The notes: a model not told the origin generated them from the letters alone. A stretch of DNA of 64,000 nt from Tannerellaceae bacterium (GCA_021201865.1 JAJQEE010000112.1:481-64480); one strand, 5' to 3'; positions 20,565-30,927 are shown, counted from the first letter of the stretch. Numbers and translations are program-made.

Positions 20565-21089
20565 AATTTATTTTTAGGTATTCATCTATTCATATTTTTC
20601 GCAAACGGCTGTATTACAATGAATAAACTATGCACCCCTTCACGTTTCAGGTATTCATATGTATGCACCCCTGCCGGTCAGGTATTCATTCGGACAGAAT
20701 AAACAGACAGGCTCCGTAGGATAAGTATTTGTTTACTAATTACCCATCATTCATTACCCGCCTATATCTTTTTGCCAGTCCGCATACAAACTATTACTAC
20801 CCTCTACAGGGTAGCGCTGGTAAGATAGTATCTATTCATCAAAAAGTAGGCACCTACGAACGCCAGGGTGTAGAGGGTAGTAATAGTTTGTAGGTACCGT
20901 CTTTCCCTTTCCCGCTTGGTCTTTATCAAAAGATCAATTGATTATCCATTATTTTCCCTGCGGAATGAATACTTTATCCCAGGGTATTCATAAATATGAA
21001 TACCTGAAACGTGAAGGGGTGCATAGTTTATTCATTGTAATACAGCCGTTTGCGAAAAATATGAATAGATGAATACCTGAAAATAAATT
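20565..21089. repeat. 525-bp nested-palindrome non-coding element (family A/B, copy A)
   Basis: 20565-20660 and 20994-21089 are reverse complements at 95/96 positions. An inner perfect 24-bp stem (20785-20808 / 20869-20892) closes a 60-nt loop. GGTATTCA / TGAATACC occurs many times. There is no ORF >=60 aa. It is homologous to 59369-59881 in the opposite orientation, and the homology extends a little beyond the arms (~20554-21112). Confidence 0.9.
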
Positions 21090-21161
21090 GCAGGAGGAGG
21101 AAAAAGAAAAATTAATAGGCGGATATCCGGAATCCTTTACCCTGGTAGAAGACCGGGTACA

Positions 21162-21935
21162 TCAGATATTGGCGTTCCCATCTTCCCCGCAACGGATTAA
21201 ACTCATGTTGTAGTCCACCCCTACCCCCACTTTATCACTGATCTTGAATTCCATAGAACCTCCTACACTGGTGTGGTAATGGTAGGGATTTAAATAGAGA
21301 TGCAGATTCTCTTTCCCTTTATTATCATAGGCGGCATATTGGCCCCACATATTTATTTTTAACCAGTCTGTAGCCTGATAGCTGGTACTTCCTCCGACTC
21401 CCCCCACGAATCCGGGACTGGGATCGAACGGAGTCGCATAGCGTGCTGCAAAAGCAGATCCTCTGAATGTCCACTTCTCATCGCTCCACGATAACATAGG
21501 AGTTACACTTGTCAGACTCCCCGAACCGGGCCAGGTCATTTGAGTACCATTCATTAAAAAAGTTACCTGGTCATTCAGGGATTTGAAATAGGTTTCATCA
21601 AAGTCCAGTGCCATCGGAGATACATTCATCAGCATCGGAGTAAAGACATTAAAGAAAGGACGATAGGCTGTCGATAGAATCTGCATATCCATGGGACGTT
21701 CATCCAGATACATACTTAACTCCGGATTGTAATCAGGCATTTTCATATCTAATTTCACAGTGGAAGCCGGCGTATATGTTTTATAAGATAATTCGGGAAT
21801 ATGCAGTTCATAGGTCATGTATTTCGGGATCACAACCAATTTCCCTTCCTGGTTTAGCTGGAAAACCAAATCACTCTGAGCAAGCCCATAGAGAGCTCCC
21901 AGGGTCAGCAGTAAAGTTAAATAAATGGGCCTCAT
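21162..21935 (-). CDS. Hypothetical secreted/outer-membrane protein
   Basis: 257-aa ORF with signal peptide MRPIYLTLLLTLGALYGLAQS. The C-terminal half has a beta-strand-like alternating pattern. I recognise no family. Confidence 0.55.
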   Translation of the reverse strand: MRPIYLTLLLTLGALYGLAQSDLVFQLNQEGKLVVIPKYMTYELHIPELSYKTYTPASTVKLDMKMPDYNPELSMYLDERPMDMQILSTAYRPFFNVFTPMLMNVSPMALDFDETYFKSLNDQVTFLMNGTQMTWPGSGSLTSVTPMLSWSDEKWTFRGSAFAARYATPFDPSPGFVGGVGGSTSYQATDWLKINMWGQYAAYDNKGKENLHLYLNPYHYHTSVGGSMEFKISDKVGVGVDYNMSLIRCGEDGNANI

Positions 21936-22299
21936 GACTATCCTGTATTATAGAAGGGCAAGATACCAATTTCCGGGGAAAATGAAAAGGAGAAATTCAT
22001 TTTTATTCATGTCCGGATATGCGTTTTTTTGATGATTTGTTCCGGATTAACCTTTTCTCTATCCATTATCCGTATAAGAGTTTTCCTGATGAACCTGTGA
22101 ACTGTTTCCTGTTATTAACAACCAGATGTTCATAACAGAAAACAGTTCTTCTTTCTTCCGTGTAAACCTGAGACTTAGTCTGTTTATAAACCTGTTCATA
22201 ATCCGGTTAAAAACACTTATCGTTCATTGAAAAAGTTCCAGATTGTAAGCCCATAGGGCTTGCATGTGAAGGGTGATTGGCAAAGGGTGGTCTTTGTCT

Positions 22300-22510
22300 C
22301 TTAAGTCCTGAAAGGACGTCATATAATAGCCTGGGACGCAAGTCTCAGGTCAGGTATCAGCAGTCAATGGAGTGCTGAAAGTACGACACTGCATATACCA
22401 ACCTATTGTTTTCATCAGATGGGGTGTACATACAGCACACCCCGGGTGGGGATTTCCCTACCTGGGACTTGCGTCCCAGGCTAATATATGCCGTCCCTGC
22501 GGGACTTAAG
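22300..22510. repeat. 211-bp nested palindromic intergenic repeat (family C, copy 2)
   Basis: Arms are cttaagtcctgaaaggacgtcatataatagcctgggacgcaagtctcaggt and the reverse complement of acctgggacttgcgtcccaggctaatatatgccgtccctgcgggacttaag. The inner stem gtgctgaaagtac / gtacatacagcac is conserved with copy 1 (10016-10214). Confidence 0.85.
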
Positions 22511-22609
22511 GGATCAACGCTGGCAAATCCGGAGCATGAGAGATTGAAAAAAGGCATCTCTTATATCTGCTTTCCGCTTTCAGAGAAGGGATCTTCTTCG
22601 ACTAAAGTC

Positions 22610-23086
22610 TTAACTAATTTCTACTGACAGATCCACTTTGGAATCCGGCAATTTTTCATATATCCCCCAGAAGTAAATATGGGTGATCACGTTCCATCCG
22701 TTTAATGAATTCTCTAAACGGAGCAAAAGTGTCTGCTTACCTTTCTCTATCTGAATAGATTGTTCTGAAAAAAGATAAGCGGTGCTGGGTACTCTGTATT
22801 GTCCTATCAACAAAGTGTACTTCTGCCAATCAATAACCGGAATCTGATCCTTCTTGGTGATTTCCAGAAGCTCTTTTTCGTTGTTAATTACATATAGAGA
22901 TACATCCTCTTTTTCGTCAAAAATAAAGATATCATTTCCGGAATTGATATAGTTCACCGGGAAGAAATCCTGAATGTTTTGTGATACATCTAACGGATAA
23001 AGAGTCGTGATATCATTACTGTCACAAGACTGACAGACAAGAGTTATTAAAATAATACTTCTAAAAAAGAACTGATGAATAGACAT
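22610..23086 (-). CDS. Hypothetical lipoprotein
   Basis: 158 aa. Signal/lipobox ..IILITLVCQSCDS. I recognise no family. Confidence 0.55.
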   Translation of the reverse strand: MSIHQFFFRSIILITLVCQSCDSNDITTLYPLDVSQNIQDFFPVNYINSGNDIFIFDEKEDVSLYVINNEKELLEITKKDQIPVIDWQKYTLLIGQYRVPSTAYLFSEQSIQIEKGKQTLLLRLENSLNGWNVITHIYFWGIYEKLPDSKVDLSVEIS

Positions 23087-23141
23087 GACGTAGGTTTTGT
23101 AATGAATTTTATTAAATAAAAATAATAGTTCCAGGGACCTC

Positions 23142-23810
23142 TTAATCTATAACAGTGACTCCTAACAGGCGGACTAAGCCAATGGCCTGGAAAGAAGTAA
23201 CCCTGCATCCTTTTAATTCTGTTCCACTGACCCTTATCCCTTCTATTTGACAGGTGGTCAGATCCATTCCTTTTAAGGGTGTCTGATAGAGTTCTGCTTC
23301 CCGGAGATTGCATTTTTCAAATTGGGTATCTTCCAGTTTACACTCGTCTATGGCGCTTCCTTTTAGATGGCTGTTCTGCCAGGATACATGGTAGAAACGG
23401 GAAGTAGAATAAATAGAGTATATAGCCTGTACCTGGGAGAAAAGGAACTGATTGAAATGGCTTCCTGTAAAATTAGTTCCCATCAGCTTGCAGTTAACAA
23501 ATTCCACACGGGAAAAATGACATTCCGTCAGGATCATATTCGACAGGTCGCAATTCCGGAAAATGACATCGCAGAACCGCGCATGGGTGAAACTACATTG
23601 CACAAAGGTGCAGTTTTCAAAGCAGCAGGAGGAAAAAGAGAGTTTGGGTTTCCGGATCTCTTCTATCATCTGATGGGAGAAAAGGAGTTCTTCCATTTCT
23701 TCTGTGCTTGCTGCGATCAACCGGGCTGCGTCCTCTGTTGGCTGAAGATGCCGGGATAAGTGGGGAGGTCCAATTTTCATATTTGTACTTGTCAATCGTA
23801 TAGCTAACAA
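23142..23810 (-). CDS. Pentapeptide-repeat protein, Qnr/MfpA-like
   Basis: Up to 222 aa; the start is uncertain (Met1, Met11 or Met39). Tandem pentapeptide repeats (FENCTFVQCSFTHARFCDVIFRNCDLSNMILTECHFSRVEFVNCKLMGTNFTGSHF...). The C-terminus ..LKGMDLTTCQIEGIRVSGTELKGCRVTSFQAIGLVRLLGVTVID resembles the Qnr C-terminus, and the size is in the Qnr range. Confidence 0.8.
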   Translation of the reverse strand: MLAIRLTSTNMKIGPPHLSRHLQPTEDAARLIAASTEEMEELLFSHQMIEEIRKPKLSFSSCCFENCTFVQCSFTHARFCDVIFRNCDLSNMILTECHFSRVEFVNCKLMGTNFTGSHFNQFLFSQVQAIYSIYSTSRFYHVSWQNSHLKGSAIDECKLEDTQFEKCNLREAELYQTPLKGMDLTTCQIEGIRVSGTELKGCRVTSFQAIGLVRLLGVTVID

Positions 23811-23848
23811 ATATAGGAAATCCCTCCTTAATACCTACATACAAAATT

Positions 23849-23907
23849 GTCTGAAAAGTAGTACCTGTTGGGAATGCTGCTTCAAAAACAGGTACTACTT
23901 TTCAGAC
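23849..23907 (-). terminator. Perfect 21-bp hairpin between the GH97 stop and the pentapeptide-repeat gene start (likely terminator/insulator)
   Basis: gtctgaaaagtagtacctgtt (23849-23869) pairs perfectly with aacaggtactacttttcagac (23887-23907) across a 17-nt loop. On the minus strand it is followed by aattttgtatg. Confidence 0.5.
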
Positions 23908-23932
23908 AGTCTGTAGAAAGACCGGAACCTTT

Positions 23933-25911
23933 TTACAACGGTCTGATCTCCATGGCACATCCTCCGTCTGATGCCAGTTCAATCTTTATTTTATCTCCGG
24001 CAGACAGGGTAAGGGTCTCTTTGAGCAGATGATTCGGATTTCTGTCCACGTCGGGTGCATCTTTATATATAGTAACTGCATATTTCCCTTTATCTAAGAA
24101 AGTAAGCGGGATTTCAATGGTGCGGGCTTTGCTGTTATTGATCGTACCTACATACCATTCATTATCCTTTTTACGGGCGATGGTTACATATTCATTCACT
24201 TCCGCACAGGGAACGACTGTCCGGTCCCATGTCACAGGAACAGCCTGTAGAAACTCAAATCCGGGTTGTCCTTCGTAAGAGGGGGGGGAGTATCGCAGAT
24301 CATTCCTAAGTAACTTTCCAACACGACATACATGGCTAACATGTGGCAGCGGGTACTGGTGACTAACGGATTGCTCTGCTGGACTTTGAACTGCTCTTTG
24401 GGAACGGCCCGGAAACCTCCTAAATGATAATCTGCTGCTCCGGCTAACAAACGGGTAAACGGGATAGAGATATCGTGATCAGCTACCGTCACCATGCCTC
24501 CTTTGAAGTTCTCATAATTGAGTGTTCCTTCCCGGGTAAATTCATTCGGATAGGTGCGATGCAGACCGCTGGGTTTGCAGGAGCCGTGAAACTGAACGAA
24601 TAATTTGTGCCTGGCTGCTTTCGCCAGCATCTCTTCCTGGATCCGGATCATTTCCTGATCATCGCGATCCATAAAGTCGATCATCATTCCTACCACACCC
24701 CATTTCTCGAACTGGGCGAACGCTTCGTCTATTTTCTCATACAGGGGGATCCAGTTTACCCATAAATGAATATCAATCCCCTGGCTTCTCGCATAGTCAC
24801 AGATCTCCTGCATATCCAGACTACCGACTACTTTCATAATATCTGCATTCGGACCGGGGAAACCAAACCAGGAGCCATCATCCCAGTACCAGGGTTGTTC
24901 TGCATATCCGTAGACAGAGTGGAAGTCCAGACCATTGCGGGCCGCAAAATCAATGTAATATTTGTTGGTTTCGAAATTATTCCCTCCTAAGAAGGTGGTA
25001 TCCGGTACCACATTGCCGTTCCACCAGGTAAAAGTGGTCTTACCGGGTTTGATCCAGGAAGTGTCTTCAATTTTACAGGGTTCATTCAGGTTGGTAAGGA
25101 TATCCGACTCGATCAGGGCACCTACCCGGTCACTGATCATCAGTACACGCCAGGGAGATTGATGGGGCAGGTCTGCCACTACCTTGATCTGTTCATTCTG
25201 CAGATTCGGGGATAGCTTGCCGGTCAGTTGCCCGGCCTCTTTCCACAGATACATCCCGGCATAATCCCGTACGGCTGCTTCCGTAATGGACATAAACACC
25301 TGATTGGGAAATTCAAACAGCACAGGCATATCCATCAGGTTCTTTTCTTTCAGTTCACTGAATGGGGCATGTGTGTAAGTGGCTTCGTGAGAAGTCTGGT
25401 AAGAGGGCAGGAACATGGTCAGGGCTTTCGGATCTCCTTTCAGATGAAAAGTGGTATGTTCATCATACATGACATAGGAATCCCATCCTTTCTGTTCGGG
25501 AAATTCATACCGGAAAGCCACTCCGTCATTGAAAGCACGTACCACCAGGTTGATTTTCCGGAACGGTGCGAGGGTCTCTTTTAAAGGAATAATTACCTCT
25601 TTACTTACACTATGTACAGTTTTGGATTTCCCCACGATCAGTTCATAGGTCTCTTCTTTCGTACTGTAAACAGGCTTATTGATTTTCAGTTGCTTTCCGA
25701 AAGTGCCGTTGTCAAACGTAATACTTAACGGAGAGTTCCCGATCAGCTCCTGGTTTTTGTAAGTAACCTGATAGGAAGGAAGTTCTCCTTCCATGGAGAC
25801 GGTAAAGCGGATCCGGCCATCCGGAGAGGCTACCTGTACGCTCGGAAGAGCGTACAGGGTTTGAGTAAGTATCAGAATAAGTCCGAGAATAAAATAATGT
25901 TTTCTTTTCAT
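23933..25911 (-). pseudogene. Glycoside hydrolase family 97 (SusB-like alpha-glucosidase). The frame is broken at G8 run 24281-24288 (C8 on the coding strand).
   Basis: ORF 24232-25920 has a signal peptide, SPDGRIRFTV.., ..FVQFHGSCKPSGLHRTYPNEFTREG... ORF 23933-24235 is the typical GH97 C-terminal beta-sandwich. Adding one C gives ..CDTPPPSYEGQPGFEFLQAVPVTWDRT... The likely start is MKRKHYF at 25911. Confidence 0.88.
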
Positions 25912-25929
25912 ATGGATCATACTTTCTTT

Positions 25930-27561
25930 TTATTGTACATAATCAGGATTCTGTTCCAGGTTCGGATTGGAATCGACCGTCTTCTGTGGAATAGGGAACA
26001 CACTCCGGTGATCTCCGTTCGGTTTGTGGGACAGCCATTCGGCCTTCGTGAAATGTCCGAAGCGGATCATATCCCGGCGGCGGAACATTTCGCCTACAAA
26101 CTCCCATCCTAATTCGTCATACATCCGTCCGTATTGTTCCGGAAACTGTTTTCCCTGCGGAGTCAGCACATAGTTTTCTACCGTGCCATATACATACCGG
26201 GAAGGCTCCTTTAGCTGGCTGCCTGTCACACGCGCTTTTTCCGGATGGTCCCGGAACGCACGCTGCCGGACAAAGGTAACTAATTCCGCCGCACCATCCG
26301 CATCTCCGGTACGGAGGAGACATTCGGCTTTCATCATATAGACCTGTGCCAGCCGGAACACCACAAAATCGTTATTCATAAAGGTCCGGGAACCCACTTC
26401 AATTTCATATTTTACCATCCGGTATCCGTCTGCTTCTCCGGTAAATATACCATCCGGCATACTGTTCACAAAGACTAACGGTTCCCCCATCATATCATAG
26501 AATCCGGTTAGTATGGAACCGTCTGCTCCATATTGTTGTCCTTTCAGCCAGGTCACATCTAAGCGTTCATCCTCTTCCTCATAGGTGTCGATAAATTGGG
26601 AAACAGCTTTGTAGGAACCGGGTCCCCAGGGACCGTCCTGTAACTGGTAGGTATCCTGGTTCGCCGCATGCAGACAGGCTTTATAAATCTCAAATCCCGG
26701 AGCATAGACATGATCAAAAGGAATGACAAAAATATTTTCCAGCGATCCTTCGTTATAGACTTTGAACGGATCCAGATAATGGTTGTCCAACTGGTACTGG
26801 TTGCTGTTGATAATGTCATTGCACTGAGCGATACAAGCCTCCCATTGTGGAGTGCCGGTATACACTTCCGCATTCAGGTACACATTCGCCAGTAAGGCTT
26901 TGGCAGCCCATTTGGTGAACCGGCCATAGTTGGCCGTACTCTTCACTTCCGGCAGGTCATTCATGCATTCCAGTAACTCTTTTACCACGAAATCATAGAC
27001 CTCTTTCCGGCTTGTTTTGTCCGGGAATTCATCGGTGGGTTCTGTCACTAAAGGTACATCCCCGTAATTATCCAAGGCATTCCAGTAGTAGTAGGCACGC
27101 AGGGCACGGGTCTCGGCCAGCATACTTTCTTTGTTTTCAGACGGGCTGAAAGGGAAATCTTCTTCCGACAGTAAGTGGATGGCACGGTTGGCAAGCAATA
27201 TGCCGGTATAGGTGGTTGCCCAGTGGTCGATCACATGCGTTTGTTCCGCATTCCAGGTGTGCAGGTGCATCCGGCGGAATACGCCTCCGTCATCCCATCC
27301 GGCCGCATTGGCCGGTTGTACCATTTCATCGGCACAGATCTCCTGTATGTAATAGGTATAAAATCCTATATAATACCGCAGGTCCGCATAGACCGAAGCA
27401 ATCAGTCTCGAGGCATCTCCCGGACTATATTCGTAGGTATCTTCCGTAATTTCTGAAAAGACCTCTTCGTTCAGGTCTGTACAGGAGGTCGTATAGACTA
27501 ATACAGCCAAGCTGCATAGGATGGAGCAGCTATATTTCCATATATGTTTCATATCTTTCAT
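25930..27561 (-). CDS. SusD/RagB-family outer-membrane lipoprotein
   Basis: 543 aa. Lipoprotein signal ..LAVLVYTTSCTDLNE. SusD-like sequence throughout, directly downstream of SusC. Confidence 0.9.
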   Translation of the reverse strand: MKDMKHIWKYSCSILCSLAVLVYTTSCTDLNEEVFSEITEDTYEYSPGDASRLIASVYADLRYYIGFYTYYIQEICADEMVQPANAAGWDDGGVFRRMHLHTWNAEQTHVIDHWATTYTGILLANRAIHLLSEEDFPFSPSENKESMLAETRALRAYYYWNALDNYGDVPLVTEPTDEFPDKTSRKEVYDFVVKELLECMNDLPEVKSTANYGRFTKWAAKALLANVYLNAEVYTGTPQWEACIAQCNDIINSNQYQLDNHYLDPFKVYNEGSLENIFVIPFDHVYAPGFEIYKACLHAANQDTYQLQDGPWGPGSYKAVSQFIDTYEEEDERLDVTWLKGQQYGADGSILTGFYDMMGEPLVFVNSMPDGIFTGEADGYRMVKYEIEVGSRTFMNNDFVVFRLAQVYMMKAECLLRTGDADGAAELVTFVRQRAFRDHPEKARVTGSQLKEPSRYVYGTVENYVLTPQGKQFPEQYGRMYDELGWEFVGEMFRRRDMIRFGHFTKAEWLSHKPNGDHRSVFPIPQKTVDSNPNLEQNPDYVQ

Positions 27562-27580
27562 CGTATTTATAGGTTATACA

Positions 27581-30500
27581 TTAAAAAGTGACCATGGCCC
27601 CGAAGGTATAGGAACGGGTGGATGGATAACGGTTGATAGCATCCACGCCCGGATCTAATGTCGAAACATTTACCTCCGGATCAATACCGCTATAGCCGGT
27701 AATCGTGATCAGGTTGCTTCCGGAAGCGTAGAGCCGCAGGCGTTTGATATACTTATTGTTGAACGTGAAATTATAGCCTAACGTGATGTTATCTATTTTC
27801 CAGAAATCCCCTTTCTCGATAAAATGGCTTACGTATTGGAGTTCCTGCTGGTCACTTAACGGCCGTTTACCAAATACCGGGTCGTAGGCTGTTGACAGCA
27901 GATTTCCATGGGTCAGGTTTACCGGACAGTCGTAGTAGAGCCGGGGGAGATTCAATATATCATAGCCGAACGTTCCCCGCATAGTGATATTCAGGTCAAA
28001 GTTTTTATAGACAAAACTGTTGTCCCAGCTCAGGAAATGTTTGGGCAGACCGTTTCCGATCACTGTTTTATCGTCCGGTTGCTGTTCACCAATGGGTTTG
28101 GGATTGCCATCTTTCCCTTCGATGATCCATTTCCCTTCTTCATCTATATCCACCACTTTGAATCCCCAGAAGTTACCGGCTTTTCCTCCTTCATGCAGCC
28201 GGTGGGTCTCCTGTTTAATGGTGGTACCGATATAACCGGCATCAATGTATCCGGATTCTACTTTGAACCGGTCGTCGGACAGGGACACAATCTTGTTTTT
28301 ATTCGTTGAATAGTTGGCTGTAGTGATCCACCGGAAATCTTTGGTCTGCACAGGAATTACACTTACACTGATCTCTAATCCTTTATTATTCATGGTACCG
28401 GCATTAGCCAGAATGTCCGAATAAAGGTAAGGAGGTGTAGGTACGTGGTACCCCCCCATAAGAGATCTTTAGTCGTCCGGTTATAGAGATCGATACTTCC
28501 GTAAATACGTCCTTCCCATAACCCGAAATCCACTCCAAGGTTCCATTCTTCTTTCTTTTCCCAACGCAGGTCCGGATTTGCATTTTCATACGGTTTCAGG
28601 TCGGTTAACCAGTTGCTGCCGTCGACTAAAAAGTTCATATTCGAGGTCAGCCGGCTTAACGAAGCATATTCACTTCCGGCAATGGTTCCGGTCACCCCAA
28701 ATCCTGCTCTTAGTTTCAGGTTGGATATGGCCGGGATCCCTTCCATAAATTCTTCGTTGGACAGGTTCCAGCCGATGGATGCCGCCGGGAAGTTACCCCA
28801 TTTATTGTTTGCTCCGAATTTGGAAGAACCTTCATGACGGATACTGACAGAAGCCAGATACCTGTTCTGGTAGTTGTAGTTGGCACGGGCAAAAAAACCG
28901 ATCAGGACAGACTTGGATTTTGCCGAGTACATATCTGCTTCTCCACGCATCAGTCCGGCTCCGGATCCCATATTGTGATAAGTGTACTGGTCGGAGGCAA
29001 AGTCCCGGTTCCGCATGTAGTCCATCTCCCAGATATTATCCTGGTAGGAGTAGCCTACCAATCCGGTCAGGTGGTGTTCGCCAAAGGATTCTTTGTACTG
29101 AGCGGTTAATTCCAGCAGGTTTTCCTGGGTAAAGATATTTCCTTTATAGGCACGGCCGTTCCGGTTATCCCGTATGTTGGAAATATGGTTATGGGATTCG
29201 GAATATCCCTGTGTTTCATGGTACCGGGTATGGGATACCAGGGCTTTCAGGTTTAACTGTTCAATCGGGGTCAGCGTGGCTGAACCGAAGGTTCGCAACT
29301 GGGTACTTTTATTTTCTCCTTCACTCTCTTCGATCAGGGCACGGGCATTGGCATATTCATACATGGCGGGTCTTTCCTGCCAGTTTCCGGCATCATCCTT
29401 TACCCGGTCCGTAGGAATATTGGCTAATGCATTCCGGTAGATCTCCTGGTTGAAACTGGAACCCTCTGCAAAGGCATGGTATTTTTGTTCACGGCCCATA
29501 ATGTTCATGTTTAGCTTCAACAGGTTATCCCACATCGAATGGTTTACTTCCAGACGGGTGGTCAGGACCTCATTGTTGGACCGGCGGATAATTCCCTGTC
29601 CGGAACGATAGTTCACATTGGCGATGTAATTGGATTTTCCGGAACCTCCCTTGATACTGGCATTTGTCACCCAGGAAAAAGGAGTCTGCATGATTTCATC
29701 TAACCAGTTGGTATCGTATCCGTAATCTACCGCACCCGGTTTTCCCTGGTTAACTAATTCCCGGTACTGGGTGGCATCCATCATATCTAATCTTTTTTTG
29801 ATGGTCTGGGTAGTGATGTAGCTATGGACATCGATTGTCATCGGGACTTCTCCCCGGACCTTTTTGGTGGTCACAAAGATGACTCCATTATTCCCCCGGG
29901 TTCCGTAGATGGCTGCTGCGGAACCGTCTTTTACCACATCTATACTTTCTATATCTTCCGGGGCCACCGTATTCAGGTCACCGGGAACTCCGTCAATAAT
30001 AACCAAAGGAGAAATAGAAGAGTAGAGGGTTCCCACTCCACGCAGCATGATCTGGGTCGTTGCTGTCGGGTCACCGTTCGGAAGGATCACTCCCAGACCC
30101 GCCACCTTTCCCTGTAAAAGCTGGGCAGCATCCTGTACGGTTCCCTGGATGAAAGATTCACTTTTTACACTGGCAATAGAGGAGGTAAGTTCTCCTTTCC
30201 GTTGGGTACCGTAGCCTACTACGACCACTTCATCTAACTTCTGTGTATCTTCCTGAAGCCGGATCCGGATCACGCTTTGGTTATTTACTGGGATTTCCTG
30301 GGTGTGATAACCAATATAGGAGATCACTAATGTCGCGGATGCCGCGGGAATCTCTAACGTAAAGTTCCCGTCCAGGTCCGTGATGGTTCCGTTCGTAGTT
30401 CCTTTCACCACAATATTGGCTCCGATCACAGCTTCTCCTGTCTGGTCTGTCACCGTACCGGATATTTTTTTGCTGGGTTTGCTGTGTAACCGGAAGCACT

Positions 30501-30801
30501 GTTTTTTGGATAGGATGATGTAATTATTCTCAAACTCATAGGTCAGGCTCCCATCTTGGAAAGCCGCTGTCAGATAATCCGAAACACTGGCAGAAGAGTG
30601 ATTCAGGTGGACGGAACGTTCCACATCTATTTCACTATTGCTATAGATGACTAAATGGTCCGTCTGCTGTTCTATCTCATCGATCAGTTCCCCGACCGTC
30701 AGCCGGGCAGAAGGAAGATGGATGATCGCATTTTGTGCTCCGCTGTCTGTGGCAAACAACTGGAAGCCGCATACAAATAGCAGGAATATGGATATTTTCA
30801 T
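27581..30801 (-). pseudogene. SusC-like TonB-dependent transporter with an N-terminal anti-sigma-signalling (STN) domain. The frame is broken at C7 run 28451-28457 (G7 on the coding strand).
   Basis: ORFs 28390-30867 and 27581-28459 are consecutive SusC parts (STN-like ..LTVGELIDEIEQQTDHLVIYS.., ISGTVTD..GANIVVKGTTNGTITDLDGNF, LDEVVVVGYG, ..TFGAMVTF end). Adding one G gives ..KDLLWGGYHVPTPPYLYS... The likely start is MKISIFLLF at 30801. Confidence 0.9.
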
Positions 30802-30927
30802 GATGCGAATGAATTCTTTGGTGTTTTTAATGCATAGGATATGCGTTAACAAAGGTTCTCTTTTCATATCTTTGTTTCATTAAGTGAGTACTAAGGTGTG
30901 TTTGATCACATGGTATTTGCTTCTACG

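Noticed and set aside
20565-21089. The A/B elements as invertible promoters (invertons).
   Set aside because: The inverted repeats are ~90 nt, far longer than the short repeats I recall for invertons. I found no exact TAnnTTTG motif inside. No recombinase gene is adjacent. The two copies differ by whole-element orientation, not by inversion of the interior relative to the arms.
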